A DNA stretch of 61,090 nt from a bacterium (lineage in GTDB: Bacteria > Patescibacteriota > WWE3 > 2-01-FULL-39-13 > JAACPI01). The DNA lies in NCBI GenBank assembly GCA_009995545.1, contig JAACPI010000004.1, positions 1 through 61,090 of the forward strand. The letters are read 5' to 3'. Below are positions 17,712 to 27,588 of the stretch, one piece after another. Position numbers and translations under genes: made by a program. The notes under the pieces are model-generated. The model saw only the letters and a program-made list of their open reading frames with translations. It was not told the DNA's origin and did no database searches. Numbering within the stretch: position 1 is the first letter of the stretch; the number at the start of each line of letters is the position of its first letter.

Positions 17712-18476
17712 GTGAAAACTGAATTACGTTACTTATTGAAAGATAAATACAACTGGGACGAAGTTTCTATCCAAAAGTATTTTGAAGACCCTAATCAGAA
17801 TGTAGACCCCTCTATTTTAAGAGATACTAAAAGGTTACGAAATGGCGAGCCTTTAGCCTATATTATTGGTTGGGTAGAGTTTTTAGGAAGCAAAATTGAA
17901 GTAAATAAAAATGTTTTAATACCTAGAGTAGAGACAGAGTTTTGGGTTCAAAAAGTAATTAATAATTGTAAATCAAAAAATCAAAAAATAAGCGTTTTAG
18001 ATTTATGTTGTGGTAGCGGTTGTATTGGGATTTCTATTTTAAATCGTTTACCAAAATCTTTTGTAACTTTTGCGGACATTAGTCCTAAAGCTTTAGAGCA
18101 GACAAAAGAGAATTTAATATCCTGCAATATATCAAATTCTAGATATAAAATAATAGAATCGAATTTATTTGAATCCTTAAAGGATATCTACGATCTTATT
18201 CTTACTAACCCTCCTTATGTAAGTACAAAAAATACCAACCCAGATCTTAAATTTGAGCCCTCTAAAGCTCTTTATGCAGGTTTGCAGGGTTTAGACCTAA
18301 TTAAAAAAATACTATCTGCATTTCCAAAATTTTTAAAACTTGGTGGTGAAATTTATATAGAAATATCTGAAGATCAAAAAGACGAATTGCAAAAACTACT
18401 TACAGGTAAATATAATAATTTTGAATTTATAAAAGATCAAAATGGTTTATGTCGTGTATTGCATTTAGTCGTGTAA
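17712..18476 (+). CDS. prmC: Release-factor glutamine N5-methyltransferase PrmC/HemK
   Basis: VLDLCCGSGCIG (SAM motif I) and the LTNPPYV (NPPY) motif. GTG start. Confidence 0.85.
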   Translation: MKTELRYLLKDKYNWDEVSIQKYFEDPNQNVDPSILRDTKRLRNGEPLAYIIGWVEFLGSKIEVNKNVLIPRVETEFWVQKVINNCKSKNQKISVLDLCCGSGCIGISILNRLPKSFVTFADISPKALEQTKENLISCNISNSRYKIIESNLFESLKDIYDLILTNPPYVSTKNTNPDLKFEPSKALYAGLQGLDLIKKILSAFPKFLKLGGEIYIEISEDQKDELQKLLTGKYNNFEFIKDQNGLCRVLHLVV

Positions 18477-18520
18477 ACTTTTGTGGTATATTTCGGGTAC
18501 TATTCGGTAAATGTTAGTCG

Positions 18521-18529
18521 TGGTAACAT
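18521..18529 (+). promoter_or_regulatory. Extended -10-like box TGGTAACAT, 6 nt upstream of ruvC ATG 18536
   Basis: The sequence reads tggtaacat-aagctt-ATG. Confidence 0.4.
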
Positions 18530-18535
18530 AAGCTT

Positions 18536-19015
18536 ATGATAATTTTGGGTTTGGATCCTGGAACTACCACCACTGGTTTTGGTGTAATAGAGGCTTCTAG
18601 TAAACATATTTATAAAACACTAGATTATGGAGAAATCCATACAAAGCCTAAAATCCCTCAGCAAGAAAAGCTGGTTGAAATTTATAACGACTTAACAAAA
18701 CTTATTAAAAAATATAACCCAGATATTATTTCGATAGAAAAAATATTTTTTAATAAAAACCCTAAAACAGTTATAAGTGTTAGTCAGGCAAGGGGAATAT
18801 GTATGTTGTTAGCCGGGCAAAATAATACCCAAATAGTAGAATTTACCCCGCTTCAAGTTAAAAATAATGTAGTAGGTTACGGCCGTGCCGAAAAAAAGCA
18901 GGTACAATACATGGTGCAAAAGGTCTTAAATTTAAAAGAAATTCCAAAACCAGATGACGCTGCGGATGCTCTAGCCTTAGCAATTAGTGCTGCACTAACT
19001 AGTTATCACGATTAA
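18536..19015 (+). CDS. ruvC: Holliday junction resolvase RuvC
   Basis: ILGLDPGTTTTGFGVI ... SIEKIFF ... DDAADALALAI (catalytic acidic residues). Confidence 0.9.
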   Translation: MIILGLDPGTTTTGFGVIEASSKHIYKTLDYGEIHTKPKIPQQEKLVEIYNDLTKLIKKYNPDIISIEKIFFNKNPKTVISVSQARGICMLLAGQNNTQIVEFTPLQVKNNVVGYGRAEKKQVQYMVQKVLNLKEIPKPDDAADALALAISAALTSYHD

Positions 19016-19038
19016 TGCTCTTTTTTAATAAACTAATT

Positions 19039-19044
19039 TATACT
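19039..19044 (+). promoter_or_regulatory. -10 box TATACT, 6 nt upstream of ruvA ATG 19051
   Basis: The sequence reads tatact-taaata-ATG. Confidence 0.35.
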
Positions 19045-19050
19045 TAAATA

Positions 19051-19620
19051 ATGATTTATAGCCTTAGGGGTATTTTAAAAGAAAAACTTATAGATTCTAT
19101 AGTCGTAGAGGTTAACGGTATTGGATACGAGGTATTTTTAACTGGAAGAGATATTAATAACCTGTCAATAGATACTGATATATTTTTATACACACAACAG
19201 ATAATTAGTGATGATAAGCATTCATTATATGGATTTATGTCACAAGGGTCTTTGCAACTCTTTAAGTTACTTAGAAGTGTTAACGGTGTTGGTCCTAAAT
19301 CTGCTCTAAATATTTTAAATGCTGGGGATTCAAAAAAACTTATTTCTGCAATTGCTCAGGCTGATAAATCTTTTTTTAAGTCAGTGTCTGGTATTGGCCC
19401 TAAGTCAGCCCTAAAGATTATTGTAGATCTACAAGATAAAGTAGGAAAATTAAAAGATTTAGACTTAGCCCCCAGACCCAGAGAAGAAGTTGAAATTTTA
19501 GATGCATTAGAATCAATGGGTTATGATAGGTTAAGTACCGAAGAAGTAGTATCAAAAATTGACTCTAAGTTAAGTGAAAAAGATAAAATTAAAGAGGCAA
19601 TTAGGTTATTATCTAATTAA
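19051..19620 (+). CDS. ruvA: Holliday junction branch-migration protein RuvA
   Basis: An OB-like N-terminus and two HhH motifs (VNGVGPKSALNIL, VSGIGPKSALKII). Confidence 0.9.
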   Translation: MIYSLRGILKEKLIDSIVVEVNGIGYEVFLTGRDINNLSIDTDIFLYTQQIISDDKHSLYGFMSQGSLQLFKLLRSVNGVGPKSALNILNAGDSKKLISAIAQADKSFFKSVSGIGPKSALKIIVDLQDKVGKLKDLDLAPRPREEVEILDALESMGYDRLSTEEVVSKIDSKLSEKDKIKEAIRLLSN

Positions 19621-19638
19621 TTAAGCGTCAGTAGCTAA

Positions 19639-20619
19639 ATGATTAAACAAAATAAAGTTTTACAAGAAGACTTAAAAATAGAAGATACCGTTAGGCCTAA
19701 ATTCTTTAAAGATTTTATTGGGCAAAAAGAAACTAATAAAATTAAAATGTTTGTGGATGCTGCAAAAAATCGTAACGAGGTATTAGACCACTTTTTATTT
19801 TATGGTCCACCCGGACTTGGAAAAACTACCCTAGCTAATATTTTGGCTAACGAAATGGGAAAAAATATTCGTATAACAAGTGGACCAACACTTAGCAAAG
19901 TGAGCGATTTATCTTCTTTACTAACAAATATTTCCGAAGGAGATTTTTTATTTATAGATGAAATACATAGGCTAAATCGTAATATCGAGGAATTACTTTA
20001 TTCCGCAATGGAGGACTTCGCTTTGGATATATTTCTAGGTACAGGTCCAAGTGCTAGAACAGTAAGGGTAGACCTACCTAAATTTACTCTTATTGGTGCT
20101 ACTACTAGAATTGGTTTACTCACCAACCCTTTAAGAGATCGTTTTGGAGCAGTTCATAAATTAAAATTTTACTCTGCTGAAGATTTGCAAAAAATTATCA
20201 TTAGAAGCGCTAACTTACTTAATGTTTCTATCGAAGAAGTTGCTGCCCTAGAGCTTGGAAAAAGAAGCCGGGGTACTCCAAGAATTGCTAACCGACTTCT
20301 ACGCCGTGTACGAGATATTAGCGAAATATCGGGCGCAAAAAAAGTAAATTTAAAAAGTGTTTTAGATGCGTGTGAAATACTTGGTGTTGATAGCAAGGGT
20401 TTAGACGCAGAAGACAAAAGATTACTAAAAGTTTTAGCAGAGGACTTTGAACAAAAACCAGTCGGCCTTTCAACTCTATCTGCTTCTTTAAGCGAGGATA
20501 AACAAACCTTAGAAGAAGTAGTAGAGCCGTATTTAATACAGTTAGGGTTACTAAAAAGAACCAGTCAAGGAAGAATAATAACTGCCCGGGGAATAGAGCA
20601 CCTAAGAGAATCTAATTAA
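19639..20619 (+). CDS. ruvB: Holliday junction helicase RuvB
   Basis: GPPGLGKTTLA Walker A, FIDEIHRL Walker B, and GTPRIANRLLRRVRD. Confidence 0.95.
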   Translation: MIKQNKVLQEDLKIEDTVRPKFFKDFIGQKETNKIKMFVDAAKNRNEVLDHFLFYGPPGLGKTTLANILANEMGKNIRITSGPTLSKVSDLSSLLTNISEGDFLFIDEIHRLNRNIEELLYSAMEDFALDIFLGTGPSARTVRVDLPKFTLIGATTRIGLLTNPLRDRFGAVHKLKFYSAEDLQKIIIRSANLLNVSIEEVAALELGKRSRGTPRIANRLLRRVRDISEISGAKKVNLKSVLDACEILGVDSKGLDAEDKRLLKVLAEDFEQKPVGLSTLSASLSEDKQTLEEVVEPYLIQLGLLKRTSQGRIITARGIEHLRESN

Positions 20620-21910
20620 AGTATTGGTTTATTTTTTTAGGTTCAACGCCCTTAATATTACCCACTACTGCAACCTCAAAATTTTTAAGCTCGATTGCTT
20701 TTAGTTCTGAATTTATTTCATCTAATTTTATAGACATTAAGACATCTATTTTTTCTTTTGTGGTGTGTATTTTTTTCGAGTAAAAATAATCCCAAAGCAT
20801 ACCTCGACCGATACTTGTATGGGTATCGTTAGCAATCAGATTTCGATTTAGATTAAATGTTTTCCAGTGTTCAAGTTGTTTTTCACTAAATCCCTTTAAT
20901 TTAACTTTTTTTATTACTTTACTAATAGAATCTAGTATTTCATAAAATTTTTCTGAAGAACATTCATAGTTTAGTGAGACTAAGGAAAAGTTTTCGTATA
21001 TTAAATTGTCTAATCCGTATGAATATAGATATCCAGTTTTATCCCTAAGTTCTTTAAACAAAACTGAGGATTCTCCTTTTGCTAACATTCTTTGAAATAA
21101 CGCTGATGTAATATCTTCTCGTAAACTTGTTCCGCTTCTTCCCTTTACTTTTGTACTTAAACTTACTATTGGGTTGTTGGAAAGTTTAGAAGACTTTAAA
21201 ACTATTTTACCGGGTTCTCTAAATTCTGAGTTTAAAAAAGTAAGTTTTTTACTATCCTTGTTTAAAGACATTTTTTCAGAATAGTCTTTAATGTATCTTT
21301 CTACTTCTCTTTTTTTAAACTTTCCAGACACCGCTAGTACAATGTTTTTAGGTCCGTACTTGCTGTATGTTTTTAATAGCTCCTTTTTACCTATTAAATT
21401 TAGACTTTCGGCAGTGCCAAGGATATTTCCTGAATTTGCTGTGTTTATTTTTAAGTAATTGTTTTTAACGGTGTGGTAAGCCAAAACCCAGGGGTCGTTT
21501 AGATCTTTGTTTATTTCGTCTAATATTACCCTTCTTTCCGCCTCTACTTCTTTTTCATTAAAAAGTGCGTTTACTAGAGTATCTTCTAAAAATGTAAAAC
21601 CATATTTTAATTCTGTGTAGGGTAGTGTTATGTAATACCTTGTAAAATCGTAAGAAGTTCCTCCGTTGTGAATAGATCCTCGATACTCTATCTCTTTTTG
21701 TTTTACATTATACTTAGCTCTGGAGGATGATTTAAATACACAATGTTCTAAAAAATGAGCCTCTCCCCCTATTAAGTCAAGATTTGCACCTACTCTAATA
21801 TTAGCTGTGAAACTCACTGAATATGATTTTGGATCGGGGATTAAAATGTATTCTAACCCTTCCTTAGTTACTCCCTGTTCGTATTTTGTATCTTTTATTT
21901 CTAATTCCAT
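20612..21910 (-). CDS. M16-family (pitrilysin/insulinase-like) zinc peptidase
   Basis: The inverted zincin motif HFLEH is present (GEAHFLEHCVFK) in a 432-aa two-lobed protein. It overlaps the ruvB end convergently by 8 nt. Confidence 0.85.
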   Translation of the reverse strand: MELEIKDTKYEQGVTKEGLEYILIPDPKSYSVSFTANIRVGANLDLIGGEAHFLEHCVFKSSSRAKYNVKQKEIEYRGSIHNGGTSYDFTRYYITLPYTELKYGFTFLEDTLVNALFNEKEVEAERRVILDEINKDLNDPWVLAYHTVKNNYLKINTANSGNILGTAESLNLIGKKELLKTYSKYGPKNIVLAVSGKFKKREVERYIKDYSEKMSLNKDSKKLTFLNSEFREPGKIVLKSSKLSNNPIVSLSTKVKGRSGTSLREDITSALFQRMLAKGESSVLFKELRDKTGYLYSYGLDNLIYENFSLVSLNYECSSEKFYEILDSISKVIKKVKLKGFSEKQLEHWKTFNLNRNLIANDTHTSIGRGMLWDYFYSKKIHTTKEKIDVLMSIKLDEINSELKAIELKNFEVAVVGNIKGVEPKKINQYFN

Positions 21911-22036
21911 ATTTTAGCCTCCAAATTATAGCAGTACTAGTTTATATTGTCTCTGTTAACCTAACTATCGTAATTAATTTTCACCTGTCGGTAATGTTTG
22001 CTACACTATACTTATAGTAACTTTAAGTACCTGCAA

Positions 22037-23221
22037 ATGCTTGCCAAAATATACGATTTTTTAACAGTCCTTTTAATTTTAGTTGCTGTTGCAATTTTTG
22101 GTTATGTTTATTTGCATAGAGAGTCTTTTTTCCCAAGCAAAATATCCCAAACTAGTACTACCCAACTTTATTCAAGCCTCGTGCCTGTGCAAGTAAAAGT
22201 TTCGGATAAGTGGCTCAGTTATGCAGATCCCCTAAGAAACAATAAATTAAATGCTCTTGAAGGAAGTAACCTCATTTTATTTGGGGCATCTCTAAATTAC
22301 CCATCTCAAATAGAGGTTGTAGAAGATTATATAGTTGTTTCAGAGCCTACCAGTGGAAATTTAGTTGTTTTAAAAGACACCAATGGTGATAATTCTGCCG
22401 ATGAGAAAAAAGTTTTTGCATCTAGCTTAGATGGTCCTTATGGGATTTCTTATTATAATAAAGATTTATACGTAGCTACCCAAAGTAAGGTTTTAAAATA
22501 TCCAAACTTTATTGCTCAGCTTAATTCTGGGACAAACGACTCAGAGGTTTTGCTGTCTAATCTTCCTTATATAGGGTTAAATAAATACAAATCTATACTC
22601 GCTGGGGTAGACGGCAGAATTCTAATTTCAATTGGCTCCAGTTGCAACGATTGTATTGAGCAGGATAAGAGAAGGGGATCAATTATTTCTTATGGGTTGG
22701 GTGGTGACGATGAAAAAATATATGCCACAGGTCTTAAAAATGTTTTTTCAATGTCTTTAAATCGGGGAGAAATTCTTGCAGTAGAAGATAACCTAGATTT
22801 AATCGATCAGGATGCCTCAGAAGAAATTAATCAGATTTTACCCGGCAAGTCTTATGGGTGGCCTCAAATATACAATGACTCTTCTGCAAACCCTAAATAC
22901 GGAGACTTTTCTGTGGCAGGCTACAAGGAGCCCTTAATATTATTTTCCAAAAATTCTGATACGAGAGGATTAACTCCTGAAGATTCAAAATTGGGAGTTT
23001 TAAACGGGGCGATAATTTGTTTTTCGGGTAGCTCCTCTTTTGACTCAAATTCCAAAAAAGTTAGTTTGGTTGATTTTAGTACAGGGGAGTTAACTGATAT
23101 TGTATCTTTTTGGAACACCAAAACCGACTTTGTAGGCACTCCCTACGACATAAAAAAGTATAAAAATGGGTGGTTAATAACTGATATTGATAACGGATTT
23201 GTCTATTATCTAGATTTTTAA
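22037..23221 (+). CDS. Membrane-anchored beta-propeller protein, sorbosone/glucose dehydrogenase (GSDH)-like
   Basis: An N-terminal TM helix (FLTVLLILVAVAIFGYV) is followed by repetitive beta-strand blades and a GKSYGWPQ motif typical of soluble quinoprotein dehydrogenase-like propellers. ATG 22037 is preferred over the TTG at 21998. Confidence 0.45.
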   Translation: MLAKIYDFLTVLLILVAVAIFGYVYLHRESFFPSKISQTSTTQLYSSLVPVQVKVSDKWLSYADPLRNNKLNALEGSNLILFGASLNYPSQIEVVEDYIVVSEPTSGNLVVLKDTNGDNSADEKKVFASSLDGPYGISYYNKDLYVATQSKVLKYPNFIAQLNSGTNDSEVLLSNLPYIGLNKYKSILAGVDGRILISIGSSCNDCIEQDKRRGSIISYGLGGDDEKIYATGLKNVFSMSLNRGEILAVEDNLDLIDQDASEEINQILPGKSYGWPQIYNDSSANPKYGDFSVAGYKEPLILFSKNSDTRGLTPEDSKLGVLNGAIICFSGSSSFDSNSKKVSLVDFSTGELTDIVSFWNTKTDFVGTPYDIKKYKNGWLITDIDNGFVYYLDF

Positions 23222-23222
23222 G

Positions 23223-23519
23223 CTATTTAGTAGCTTCGTTTAGTAACTTTTTTATTTCAATAAGCTGCTTCTCGACGTTTGCCAGCATGGAGGCTACAGA
23301 ATAATCGATATTTTCAGTTTCTGTATTGGTAAAGTACCCAACTGGTCTGTGAGTAATTTTTGCTAGTTTTTGTAAGGTATTTAGTCTTGGCACGGCCCTT
23401 CCAGATTCGTAGCTAGATATAGCTTTATCAGAAACACCTAAAGCTTCTCCCAACTCTCTTTGAGACATTTTGCTTTCTTTCCGAGCTCTTTTTATTTTTA
23501 AGGCCAGTGGTTTATTCAC
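23223..23519 (-). CDS. XRE-family helix-turn-helix transcriptional regulator
   Basis: LKIKRARKESKMSQRELGEALGVSDKAISSYESGRAVPRLNTLQKLAKI is a canonical XRE HTH. The GTG at 23519 (VNKPLAL...) lies 6 nt after a tatatt box and is preferred over the longer track ORF. Confidence 0.75.
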   Translation of the reverse strand: MNKPLALKIKRARKESKMSQRELGEALGVSDKAISSYESGRAVPRLNTLQKLAKITHRPVGYFTNTETENIDYSVASMLANVEKQLIEIKKLLNEATK

Positions 23520-23605
23520 AAAAATAATATAATTTCGTAAGTTGGTAAAAGTGCTGATGTATAGTAATAATATTACTAGCACCTTTCACTATAAGTTTGT
23601 GTTCT

Positions 23606-23621
23606 AAATATATTTGATATC
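23606..23621. promoter_or_regulatory. Operator-like 16-nt motif aaatatatttgatatc, copy 1
   Basis: It is an exact repeat of the motif at 23685-23700 and contains the palindrome aaatatattt. It is embedded in a 7-bp inverted repeat, agtttgt (23594-600) / acaaact (23623-29). Confidence 0.5.
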
Positions 23622-23681
23622 TACAAACTAATCTTAGTACCTATGTATTCTAGAAGATGTTTTTTAAAAGACAAGTGGTTC

Positions 23682-23709
23682 TTGAAATATATTTGATATC
23701 GATTAGTAT
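23682..23709 (+). promoter_or_regulatory. Putative arsR-suf promoter (-35 TTGAAA, 16-nt spacer, -10 TAGTAT) overlapped by operator copy 2 (23685..23700)
   Basis: The sequence reads ttgaaa-tatatttgatatcgat-tagtat-caatat-ATG(23716). The 16-nt repeat fills the spacer, a classical repressor position. The start codon lies 6 nt after the -10 box. Confidence 0.5.
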
Positions 23710-23715
23710 CAATAT

Positions 23716-23976
23716 ATGAAAACTAAATGTTCCAGTTGTATCTTAACACTGGGAGAAAAAAATCGAATACGTATTTACGAACTTCTAAGTATTGAAGGCG
23801 AATTAAATACTTCTCAGTTGAAGGAGGCATTAAATATTAATCAGCCAACTGTTTCTCATCATTTGGGAATTTTACAGCAACAGGGCCTAGTGTCTTGCAC
23901 TAAAAAAGGAAAATTTAAATTCTACCAATTAATGATTAATTGTCCGTATTATCAATGTCAATGTATTTTAAAATAA
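23716..23976 (+). CDS. ArsR/SmtB-family winged-helix regulator heading the suf operon
   Basis: RIRIYELLSIEGELNTSQLKEALNINQPTVSHHLGILQQQGLV is a canonical ArsR HTH. Cys residues occur at both termini (CSSC..., CPYYQCQC). Confidence 0.85.
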   Translation: MKTKCSSCILTLGEKNRIRIYELLSIEGELNTSQLKEALNINQPTVSHHLGILQQQGLVSCTKKGKFKFYQLMINCPYYQCQCILK

Positions 23977-23980
23977 TAAA

Positions 23981-24718
23981 ATGTTATCTATAAAAAACTT
24001 AAAAGTTAATAGGGAAGGCTTAGAAATATTAAAAGGTATTTCTTTAAATATTAAAAAAGGGGAAACTCACGTTTTAATGGGCCCCAACGGCTCTGGAAAA
24101 AGTACTTTAGCTAATAGCTTAATGGCTAATCCAGACTATGAGGTAACCTCTGGAAGTATTGTTTTAAATCAAAGCGACATTACAAAACTGGATGTTTCAG
24201 AACGTGCCAAAAAAGGCCTATTTTTAGCTTTTCAATATCCCGTCGAGGTTCCAGGAGTGCCCTTAATACAGTTTTTAAAATTGGCCTACACAGAAAAAAC
24301 AGGCACTAGTATTACTCCTGGGGCCTTTTTAAAACTAATTAACGAAGTGGCAAAAGATTTAGACATAAAGCAGAGCCTTTTGGATAGATATCTCAATGAG
24401 GGGTTTAGTGGCGGAGAAAAAAAGAAAATAGAGATACTTCAAATGGCTGTTTTAAATCCTGAATTTGTAATACTTGATGAAACTGATTCCGGTTTGGATG
24501 TTACGGCTCTAAAAACTATTTTTAAGTACGTAAATCAGATTAAAATAAGTAAAAATATGGGTGTCTTAGTAGTAACTCACTACTCCCGTATTTTAGAATT
24601 TTTAAAACCTGACTTTGTTCACATAATGAAAGAGGGAAAATTGGTCAAAAGTGGCGGTATAGAATTGGCCGAAGAAATTGAAAAAGATGGTTATAAAACT
24701 TTAGTGGATGTTAATTAG
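23981..24718 (+). CDS. sufC: Fe-S cluster assembly ATPase SufC
   Basis: GPNGSGKST Walker A, the FSGGEKKK signature, and ILDETDSGLD Walker B. Confidence 0.95.
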   Translation: MLSIKNLKVNREGLEILKGISLNIKKGETHVLMGPNGSGKSTLANSLMANPDYEVTSGSIVLNQSDITKLDVSERAKKGLFLAFQYPVEVPGVPLIQFLKLAYTEKTGTSITPGAFLKLINEVAKDLDIKQSLLDRYLNEGFSGGEKKKIEILQMAVLNPEFVILDETDSGLDVTALKTIFKYVNQIKISKNMGVLVVTHYSRILEFLKPDFVHIMKEGKLVKSGGIELAEEIEKDGYKTLVDVN

Positions 24719-24740
24719 GTATTAATAAATAACGTTATCA

Positions 24741-26150
24741 ATGAAAAATAAAGTCCCTCTAAAACAAAATACTAAAAGTGGTTATCAATATGGTTTCTCG
24801 GACCCAGAAAAATACGAAGTGAAGTTCGAAAAGGGACTTAATGAGGGGGTTGTAAAGAGAATATCCAAATTAAAAGGTGAACCAGATTGGATGTTAAAAA
24901 TAAGACTAGAGGCCTATAAAGTATTCTTAGGAAAAAAAATGCCTAATTGGGGTGGGGATTTATCTAAGATTGATTTTAATAATATTCATTACTATTTAAA
25001 GCCAACACCAAAAGAGCAAAAAAGTTGGGAAGATGTTCCCGATGATATAAAGAATACTTTTAATCGTTTAGGTATACCGGAGGCTGAAAAAGAATATTTA
25101 GCGGGTGTTAAAACTCAGTACGACTCTGAAATAGTTTACGGTAGTGTTAAAAAAGAATTAGAAGATAAGGGCGTGTTGTTTATGGGGACTGACGAGGGTT
25201 TAAAAAAATATCCTGAGATCTTTAGACAGTACTTTGGTTCAGTAATACCTGCAGCCGACAATAAATTTTCGGCTTTAAATACTGCGGTGTGGAGTGGTGG
25301 AAGCTTTGTTTATGTTCCTAAAGGAGTAAAGGTAGACTTACCTTTACAGGCCTACTTTAGAATTAACGCAAAAAATATTGGGCAATTCGAAAGAACCCTA
25401 ATAATTGCTGATGAAGGTAGTTTTGTAAATTATGTAGAGGGCTGTACGGCACCAATCTATACGTCTGACTCTTTACACTCTGCGGTTGTAGAAATAATAG
25501 TAAAAAAAGATGCTAGGGTGCGCTATACCACTATTCAAAACTGGTCTAATAACGTCTACAACCTAGTTACAAAAAGAGCATTTGCTTACGAAAATTCCGT
25601 TATGGAGTGGGTTGATGGAAATATAGGGAGTAAGTTAACAATGAAATATCCTAGTGTCTATTTACTTGGAGAAGGTGCAAGAGGTGAAGTTTTAAGCTTA
25701 GCCTACGCCAATAGTAGTCAGCATCAGGATACAGGTACAAAAATGATCCATTTAGCTCCCAATACCTCTAGCAACGTAATTTCTAAATCTATTTCTCAGG
25801 GAACCGGAAGATCCAGTTATAGAGGTATAGTTCATATCGCTAAAAATGCTAAAAATAGCAAGAGTAATGTTGAGTGTGATGCTTTATTAATTAATAAAAA
25901 TAGCAGAACGGATACTTATCCTTTTATAAAGGTTAATAATAGTTCCTCTAGGGTCGGCCACGAGGCAAGCGTTTCTAAAGTTAACGAGGAACAGCTTTTT
26001 TACCTAATGAGTAGGGGGTTAAATGAGGAACAAGCAAAAGCACTAATTGTTAGCGGTTTTATTGAGCCAATAGTTAAGTTGCTACCTATGGAATACGCTG
26101 TAGAACTTAACAGGCTAATAGAGCTCGAAATGGAAGGTAGTGTAGGGTAG
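24741..26150 (+). CDS. sufB: Fe-S cluster assembly scaffold SufB
   Basis: A 469-aa protein with typical SufB blocks ([35 protein letters not shown]). Confidence 0.95.
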   Translation: MKNKVPLKQNTKSGYQYGFSDPEKYEVKFEKGLNEGVVKRISKLKGEPDWMLKIRLEAYKVFLGKKMPNWGGDLSKIDFNNIHYYLKPTPKEQKSWEDVPDDIKNTFNRLGIPEAEKEYLAGVKTQYDSEIVYGSVKKELEDKGVLFMGTDEGLKKYPEIFRQYFGSVIPAADNKFSALNTAVWSGGSFVYVPKGVKVDLPLQAYFRINAKNIGQFERTLIIADEGSFVNYVEGCTAPIYTSDSLHSAVVEIIVKKDARVRYTTIQNWSNNVYNLVTKRAFAYENSVMEWVDGNIGSKLTMKYPSVYLLGEGARGEVLSLAYANSSQHQDTGTKMIHLAPNTSSNVISKSISQGTGRSSYRGIVHIAKNAKNSKSNVECDALLINKNSRTDTYPFIKVNNSSSRVGHEASVSKVNEEQLFYLMSRGLNEEQAKALIVSGFIEPIVKLLPMEYAVELNRLIELEMEGSVG

Positions 26151-26192
26151 TAAAGAATTGAAAATACATAATTTACAATCATTAATTCAGAA

Positions 26193-26732
26193 GTGAAAAC
26201 AGAAATAATTAAAACAACTTTAAATAAAATTCCTAGCAAAATCTTTCTAAAAAAAGACGTTAAGAAAGTATACTTTTTTGAGCATACAGGTGGGTTAAAA
26301 ACCAAAACTATTGAAATTATAGCTAAAGAAAGGGGGGGAGAAGTAGAGTTAAAAGGAAGTGTATCCTTAAAAAATACAGATGACTTTAATTTAAAAACTC
26401 TCACAACACATTTTGTGGGAAATAATAAGGTAAGAATTCACATTAAAGCTGTTTTAGATGACCAAGCAAAGTTAAATTATGAAGGACTAATTAATATTGA
26501 AAAAGGCGCCGACTTTTCCGACTCGTTTTTGCAACAAGACAACTTACTCCTCAATGACGGCGTAGTTTGCAATTCTAGCCCCCAGTTACAAATTAAAGCT
26601 AACGAGGTTAAGGCAAGCCATGGCGTAACCATGGGGAGTTTTGACCAAAATCAACTTTTTTATTTAAAAAGTAGGGCCCTTAGTGAAAAAATGGCTAAGA
26701 AACTTTTGGTACAAGGGTTTCTACTTTTCTAA
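26193..26732 (+). CDS. sufD: Short SufD-like protein (C-terminal beta-helix part only)
   Basis: The 179-aa protein carries SSPQLQIKANEVKASHGVTMGSFDQNQLFYLKSRALSE, equivalent to the SufB/D C-terminal region. The N-terminal half of canonical SufD (more than 400 aa) is missing. GTG start. Confidence 0.7.
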   Translation: MKTEIIKTTLNKIPSKIFLKKDVKKVYFFEHTGGLKTKTIEIIAKERGGEVELKGSVSLKNTDDFNLKTLTTHFVGNNKVRIHIKAVLDDQAKLNYEGLINIEKGADFSDSFLQQDNLLLNDGVVCNSSPQLQIKANEVKASHGVTMGSFDQNQLFYLKSRALSEKMAKKLLVQGFLLF

Positions 26733-27533
26733 ATTCTCACCATCTTCTGTAAAATCTAAATCTATAGTTGGTTCCATCCAACTTAAGTCCCTAATATCCA
26801 ATCTACTTACTCCTCGTAATTCTGGTAACAATATACTAGCGTCGATATCTTGATGTCCTCTAAGGGAGGAGCTGATAAATGTGGTGATGTCTATTCCAGA
26901 TATCTCTGTAGTTTCAAGCCAATCCTTGGCGGTTTCTATTGGTTGTTTACCTGAAACGGGACTCATGTGTGGAGGGGTTATGTGTATCAAAGATCTTCCT
27001 ATTATAACCATACCACCCATTGGGAAAACTTTAAGTTTACAAATTTTAAACTGAGAGTTGGAAATACTACCTTCAGCGGAAAACGGATTAATTTCATTTT
27101 TATATTCTGCCAATACAAAATTATGCCCGATTCCTTGCATAATTCCCCCCGTTGTTAATGTATTGCCTCTAGCTCCAATTTTTAGTTCTAGATAACTCGT
27201 GGTTAATCTTGAGTTTTCTTCGTAAGAAAATTCAAATGAAGGGGTGGGGCCGGTTAGATAGCTGATTGCCTCTAAGCTTATGTCTTTTGGTGCGGAGTAA
27301 AAATACCTTTTTAAAATTATACTTTCTTCGAACAGTAGTGCTGATGCTTCTAATCTAGCCCCTTCTAGCTCTTCGTTTTTGTAGTAGGAAGTACTCTCTG
27401 GACCTAAATTGGTTACTGGTAATTGCACAGCTGCTTCCCTTACTGAGTCAACAAGATCCTTGGTATAATTGGTAAAATTTGCTAGTCCCTCTGCTCCATA
27501 GGGTTCTTCTCTGCGTAAATTGGTGTATTTCAT
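26721..27533 (-). CDS. Hypothetical soluble 270-aa protein inserted antisense inside the suf cluster
   Basis: A long ORF with no TM segment or signal peptide and no recognisable motif. Sampled lines are slightly more GC-rich than neighbours. Its 3' end overlaps the sufD-like 3' end by 12 nt. Confidence 0.5.
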   Translation of the reverse strand: MKYTNLRREEPYGAEGLANFTNYTKDLVDSVREAAVQLPVTNLGPESTSYYKNEELEGARLEASALLFEESIILKRYFYSAPKDISLEAISYLTGPTPSFEFSYEENSRLTTSYLELKIGARGNTLTTGGIMQGIGHNFVLAEYKNEINPFSAEGSISNSQFKICKLKVFPMGGMVIIGRSLIHITPPHMSPVSGKQPIETAKDWLETTEISGIDITTFISSSLRGHQDIDASILLPELRGVSRLDIRDLSWMEPTIDLDFTEDGENLEK

Positions 27534-27553
27534 AACCTATAGCATAAATTATG

Positions 27554-27562
27554 TGGTATAAT
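27554..27562 (+). promoter_or_regulatory. Extended -10 box TGGTATAAT upstream of 27589
   Basis: A consensus TGnTATAAT lies 26 nt before the ATG. Confidence 0.45.
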
Positions 27563-27588
27563 TATCTTGACTTAAGTTCGACAAATTT

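Noticed and set aside
20169-20417. 82-aa minus-strand ORF within ruvB
   Set aside because: It is antisense to a conserved AAA+ gene. It is a shadow ORF.
26000-26404. 134-aa minus-strand ORF spanning the sufB end and sufD start
   Set aside because: It is antisense to two conserved suf genes. The hydrophobic, Ser-rich translation has no motif.
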